Of a stretch of 29,702 bases of DNA, positions 27,201-29,702 are shown piece by piece (the stretch's first letter is position 1; each line of letters opens with the position of its first letter). The notes below the pieces were generated by a model. The model was given only the letters and a program-made list of their open reading frames with translations. It was not told the origin of the DNA and ran no database searches. The position numbers and the translations under genes are program-made. This DNA comes from Candidatus Gastranaerophilales bacterium (GTDB lineage: Bacteria; Cyanobacteriota; Vampirovibrionia; Gastranaerophilales; Gastranaerophilaceae). The stretch spans positions 1 to 29,702 of the forward strand of contig CANQOM010000001.1 in the NCBI GenBank assembly GCA_947625445.1, read 5' to 3'.

Positions 27201-27438
27201 TATCAATAATATATGTTAAAGATTCAAGTGTTAAAGGTTCTATATATACTTTATCCGCTATATTTTCATCTGTCATGATAGTTGCAGGATTAGAATTTAC
27301 TAGAATAACTTCTATGTTTTCTTCTTTAAGTGCTCTGCAAGCTTGAACTCCGGCATAATCAAATTCTGCCGCCTGACCTATTACAATTGGTCCCGAACCT
27401 ATTACTAATACTTTTTTTATATCTTTATTTATCGGCAT
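24202..27438 (-). CDS. carB: Carbamoyl-phosphate synthase large subunit
   Basis: [53 protein letters not shown], second ATP-grasp half [16 protein letters not shown]-terminal MGS-like domain. Start trimmed to ATG 27438 ([10 protein letters not shown]). Confidence 0.97.
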   Translation of the reverse strand: [1078 protein letters not shown]

Positions 27439-27454
27439 TTTATTTTTCCTTTTC

Positions 27455-29296
27455 TTATGCAATTACCATTTTTTTTGACTCTTCTACCTCTTTTACCCAT
27501 TGAGTTATTATTTTATTTGAATCATATGGGCCAACAGTCAATTCAGGATGAAATTGTACGGTTTTTATATTATATTTCTCACAACTTATTCCTTCTATTG
27601 TATTATCATTTAAATTTATATACGTAGCTTCAACACCATCAGGAAGTGAATCTGCTTTTACAGCATAACTGTGGTTTTGAGAAGTAACGAAAATTTCACC
27701 CGTTTTTGTATCCATAACAGGGTGATTTCCCCCTCTATGTCCGTATTTTAATTTATATGTTTCGGCTCCTAAAGATAGAGATATTATTTGATGGCCTAAA
27801 CATATTCCATATAATTTTATTTTACCCTTTAAGTCTTTTGCGGTTTTTATTGCAATAGTGGCATCTTCAGGGTTCCCGGGGCCGTTTGATATTAATACTG
27901 CATCAAAATCTTCTTTTAATATATCTTCTGCTTTTGTATCTGCAGGAAATAGGGTTATTGCACAATTAAGAGATTTAAAATTATCAAAAATACTCTTTTT
28001 TATACCCATATCAATTATTGCAAGTTTTATTCCGCTTCCTTGGAATTTTTCTACTTTATATGTCGTTATATCTAAAGTTACATTTTTACTTATTTTATAA
28101 TCTTTTATATTTTTCTTTATTTCAGGTGTTATTTCACCTGTTGTTATTGCACAGTTCATTGCTCCGAAATTTCTTATAATTTGAGTAAGATATCTTGTAT
28201 CTACTCCTTTTATTCCTACAATATTATTTTGTTTAAGATATTCACCTAATGATATTGAACTTTTGTAATGAGATTCATGTTCACATAGATTTTTTACGAC
28301 AAAACCTTTAGCATGAATCCTTCCTGATTCAAAATCATCTTTATTTATACCGTAATTGCCAATTTCAGGATATGTCATAACTATTGTTTGACCGCAATAT
28401 GAAGGGTCTGTTAAAACTTCTTGATAACCTACCATTGAAGTATTAAATACTATTTCTCCATATGAAGTACCTTCTATACCAATTGATTCGCCTTCAAATA
28501 TCATTCCGTTTTCAAGAATAAGTCTTGCTTTATTTGATGATACATATGATTTATTTTGAGTTAAAAGAGCATTTTCAATTTCTTCATAAATCATTTTAAT
28601 AGCTTTAACTCTGTCTTCTGCATTTGTAACTGCTCTGCCTATAACAAGATAATCAGCGCCTTCTTTTATTGCTAAACTTGGAGTAGCAAGTCGTTTTTGG
28701 TCATTTTTATTTGACCAATCAGGTCTTATTCCCGGGCATAAAACTTTGAAATCTTTTCCGCATACTTGTTTAATTTTTTTTGCTTCCCATACACTTGCCA
28801 CTACTCCGTCTAATCCTGCCCTTTTCGCCATTAAAGCCAGATTCAAAGCATATTCTTTTGGTTTATATGGAATTTTTAGTTCATTTTGGAGGCAATCTTC
28901 ACTAATACTGGTTAAAACTGTTACTCCTAAAATAGTAGGATTCTCTCGTCCTAATTCTTTTGCAACTTTTCTTGCAGACTCTTGTGCCATTCTCATCATT
29001 TCTTCTCCGCCTGTTGTATGAAGGTTAAAAAATGATGCTCCGTTTCTTACAATATTTTCTGATGCTTTTGCTACTGTATTTGGTATATCATGCAGTTTTA
29101 CGTCAAAAAAGAATTTTATGTTTTGTTCTTTCATAAAATTAAATATTTCATATCCGTTCCCGGTATACATTTGCAATCCGACTTTAAAGACTCCTACATA
29201 ATCTTTTAATTCCGTTATTAACTGTTTTGCTTCTTGAAGTGTATCAACATCAAGAGCTAAAACTATTTTTTCTTTTATTTCAGGTCTTATTTGCAT
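27455..29296 (-). CDS. pyrF-carA: In-frame fusion: OMP decarboxylase (PyrF, aa ~1-243) + carbamoyl-phosphate synthase small subunit (CarA, aa ~255-613)
   Basis: PyrF: ALDV, KVG, DVKLHDIPNTV, GVTVLTS, PGIRP, DQKR, GADYLVIGR. CarA: LILENG..FEG, GEIVFNTSMVGYQEVLTDPSY, NGPGNP, GICLGHQ, SQNH, QFHPE. No stop or Met at the junction. Confidence 0.92.
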   Translation of the reverse strand: MQIRPEIKEKIVLALDVDTLQEAKQLITELKDYVGVFKVGLQMYTGNGYEIFNFMKEQNIKFFFDVKLHDIPNTVAKASENIVRNGASFFNLHTTGGEEMMRMAQESARKVAKELGRENPTILGVTVLTSISEDCLQNELKIPYKPKEYALNLALMAKRAGLDGVVASVWEAKKIKQVCGKDFKVLCPGIRPDWSNKNDQKRLATPSLAIKEGADYLVIGRAVTNAEDRVKAIKMIYEEIENALLTQNKSYVSSNKARLILENGMIFEGESIGIEGTSYGEIVFNTSMVGYQEVLTDPSYCGQTIVMTYPEIGNYGINKDDFESGRIHAKGFVVKNLCEHESHYKSSISLGEYLKQNNIVGIKGVDTRYLTQIIRNFGAMNCAITTGEITPEIKKNIKDYKISKNVTLDITTYKVEKFQGSGIKLAIIDMGIKKSIFDNFKSLNCAITLFPADTKAEDILKEDFDAVLISNGPGNPEDATIAIKTAKDLKGKIKLYGICLGHQIISLSLGAETYKLKYGHRGGNHPVMDTKTGEIFVTSQNHSYAVKADSLPDGVEATYINLNDNTIEGISCEKYNIKTVQFHPELTVGPYDSNKIITQWVKEVEESKKMVIA

Positions 29297-29301
29297 ATTA
29301 T

Positions 29302-29700
29302 TTATCCTATTTTGTGTATTTTACCTTTTATTATTGTTAATTTAACTTTACCTTTTAATTTATAACCATCGAATGGTGAAATTTTACATTTTGACTTAAA
29401 TTCAGAAGCATTAACTGTCCATTCTTCATTTAAATCAATTACTGTTAAATTTGCTTCATTACCTTTTTCAATGGTTCCTTGATTTTTTAAATTAAGTATT
29501 TCTTTAGGAGCTTGGGTATATTTTCTTATAGCTTCTATTAGACTTAGCTTGCCTGTATGCACAAGATAAGTTAATGTAACCCCTATAGATGTTTCAAATC
29601 CAACCATTCCCATTGGTGCTATTTGAATAGGAGATTGCTTCTCACTTAATGTATGAGGTGCATGATCTGTTGCTATAACATCTATTGTACCGTCTTTTAA
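29302..29700 (-). CDS. pyrC: Dihydroorotase (type I), 5' part outside window
   Basis: Frame open from the window edge: LKDGTIDVIATDHAPH...APMGMVGFETSIG...SKCKISPFDG.KLKGKV. Confidence 0.92.
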   Translation of the reverse strand, partial: LKDGTIDVIATDHAPHTLSEKQSPIQIAPMGMVGFETSIGVTLTYLVHTGKLSLIEAIRKYTQAPKEILNLKNQGTIEKGNEANLTVIDLNEEWTVNASEFKSKCKISPFDGYKLKGKVKLTIIKGKIHKIG

Positions 29701-29702
29701 TC

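Noticed and set aside
2554-27462. Extended N-termini in the ORF track (2554, 5856, 9732, 13332, 13412, 19828, 22278, 27462)
   Set aside because: Downstream ATGs have better RBSs or match family N-termini, so starts were trimmed.
657-29021. Many short antisense or alternate-frame ORFs in the track (e.g. 827-1081, 2514-2966, 8967-9409, 15293-15895, 24290-27346, 27858-28100, 28746-29021)
   Set aside because: They overlap well-supported genes, lack RBSs and motifs, and show the hydrophobic/Ser/Ile bias typical of shadow frames in AT-rich DNA.
1-29702. CRISPR arrays, rRNA, tRNA or recognisable riboswitches
   Set aside because: Intergenic gaps are all about 200 nt or shorter, with no repeat-spacer periodicity, cloverleaf or known riboswitch consensus that I could recognise.

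Overview
A very AT-rich (roughly 27-30% GC by eye), densely coding bacterial chromosomal segment. Gene content and style suggest a gut anaerobe such as Gastranaerophilales/Melainabacteria; this is an inference, not checked. Housekeeping blocks sit at both ends. Left: mpg, rsmI, a STAS protein, a GH13-like protein with nagZ, and a short dcw operon murF-mraY-murD-ftsW-murG-folC. Right: pyrC, an in-frame pyrF-carA fusion, and carB. Between them (13.4-21.6 kb) is an accessory-looking region. It holds a Tat module: a twin-arginine lipoprotein aldo/keto reductase with Fe-S clusters (split here by a 1-nt frameshift), a 5-TM polyferredoxin with an internal RR motif, and tatA-tatC. It also holds an acyltransferase-3 gene, an orphan gene whose sigma28-like promoter has a C9 tract in the spacer, and a larB-larC(N-half only)-nikMN nickel operon. 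The Tat module and the nickel operon share a near-identical promoter architecture, CTTGACT-N19-TAAAAT with a TGAYAGTwACTRTCA dyad (MerR-like), suggesting one regulon. No rRNA, tRNA, CRISPR array, transposase or integrase was recognised.
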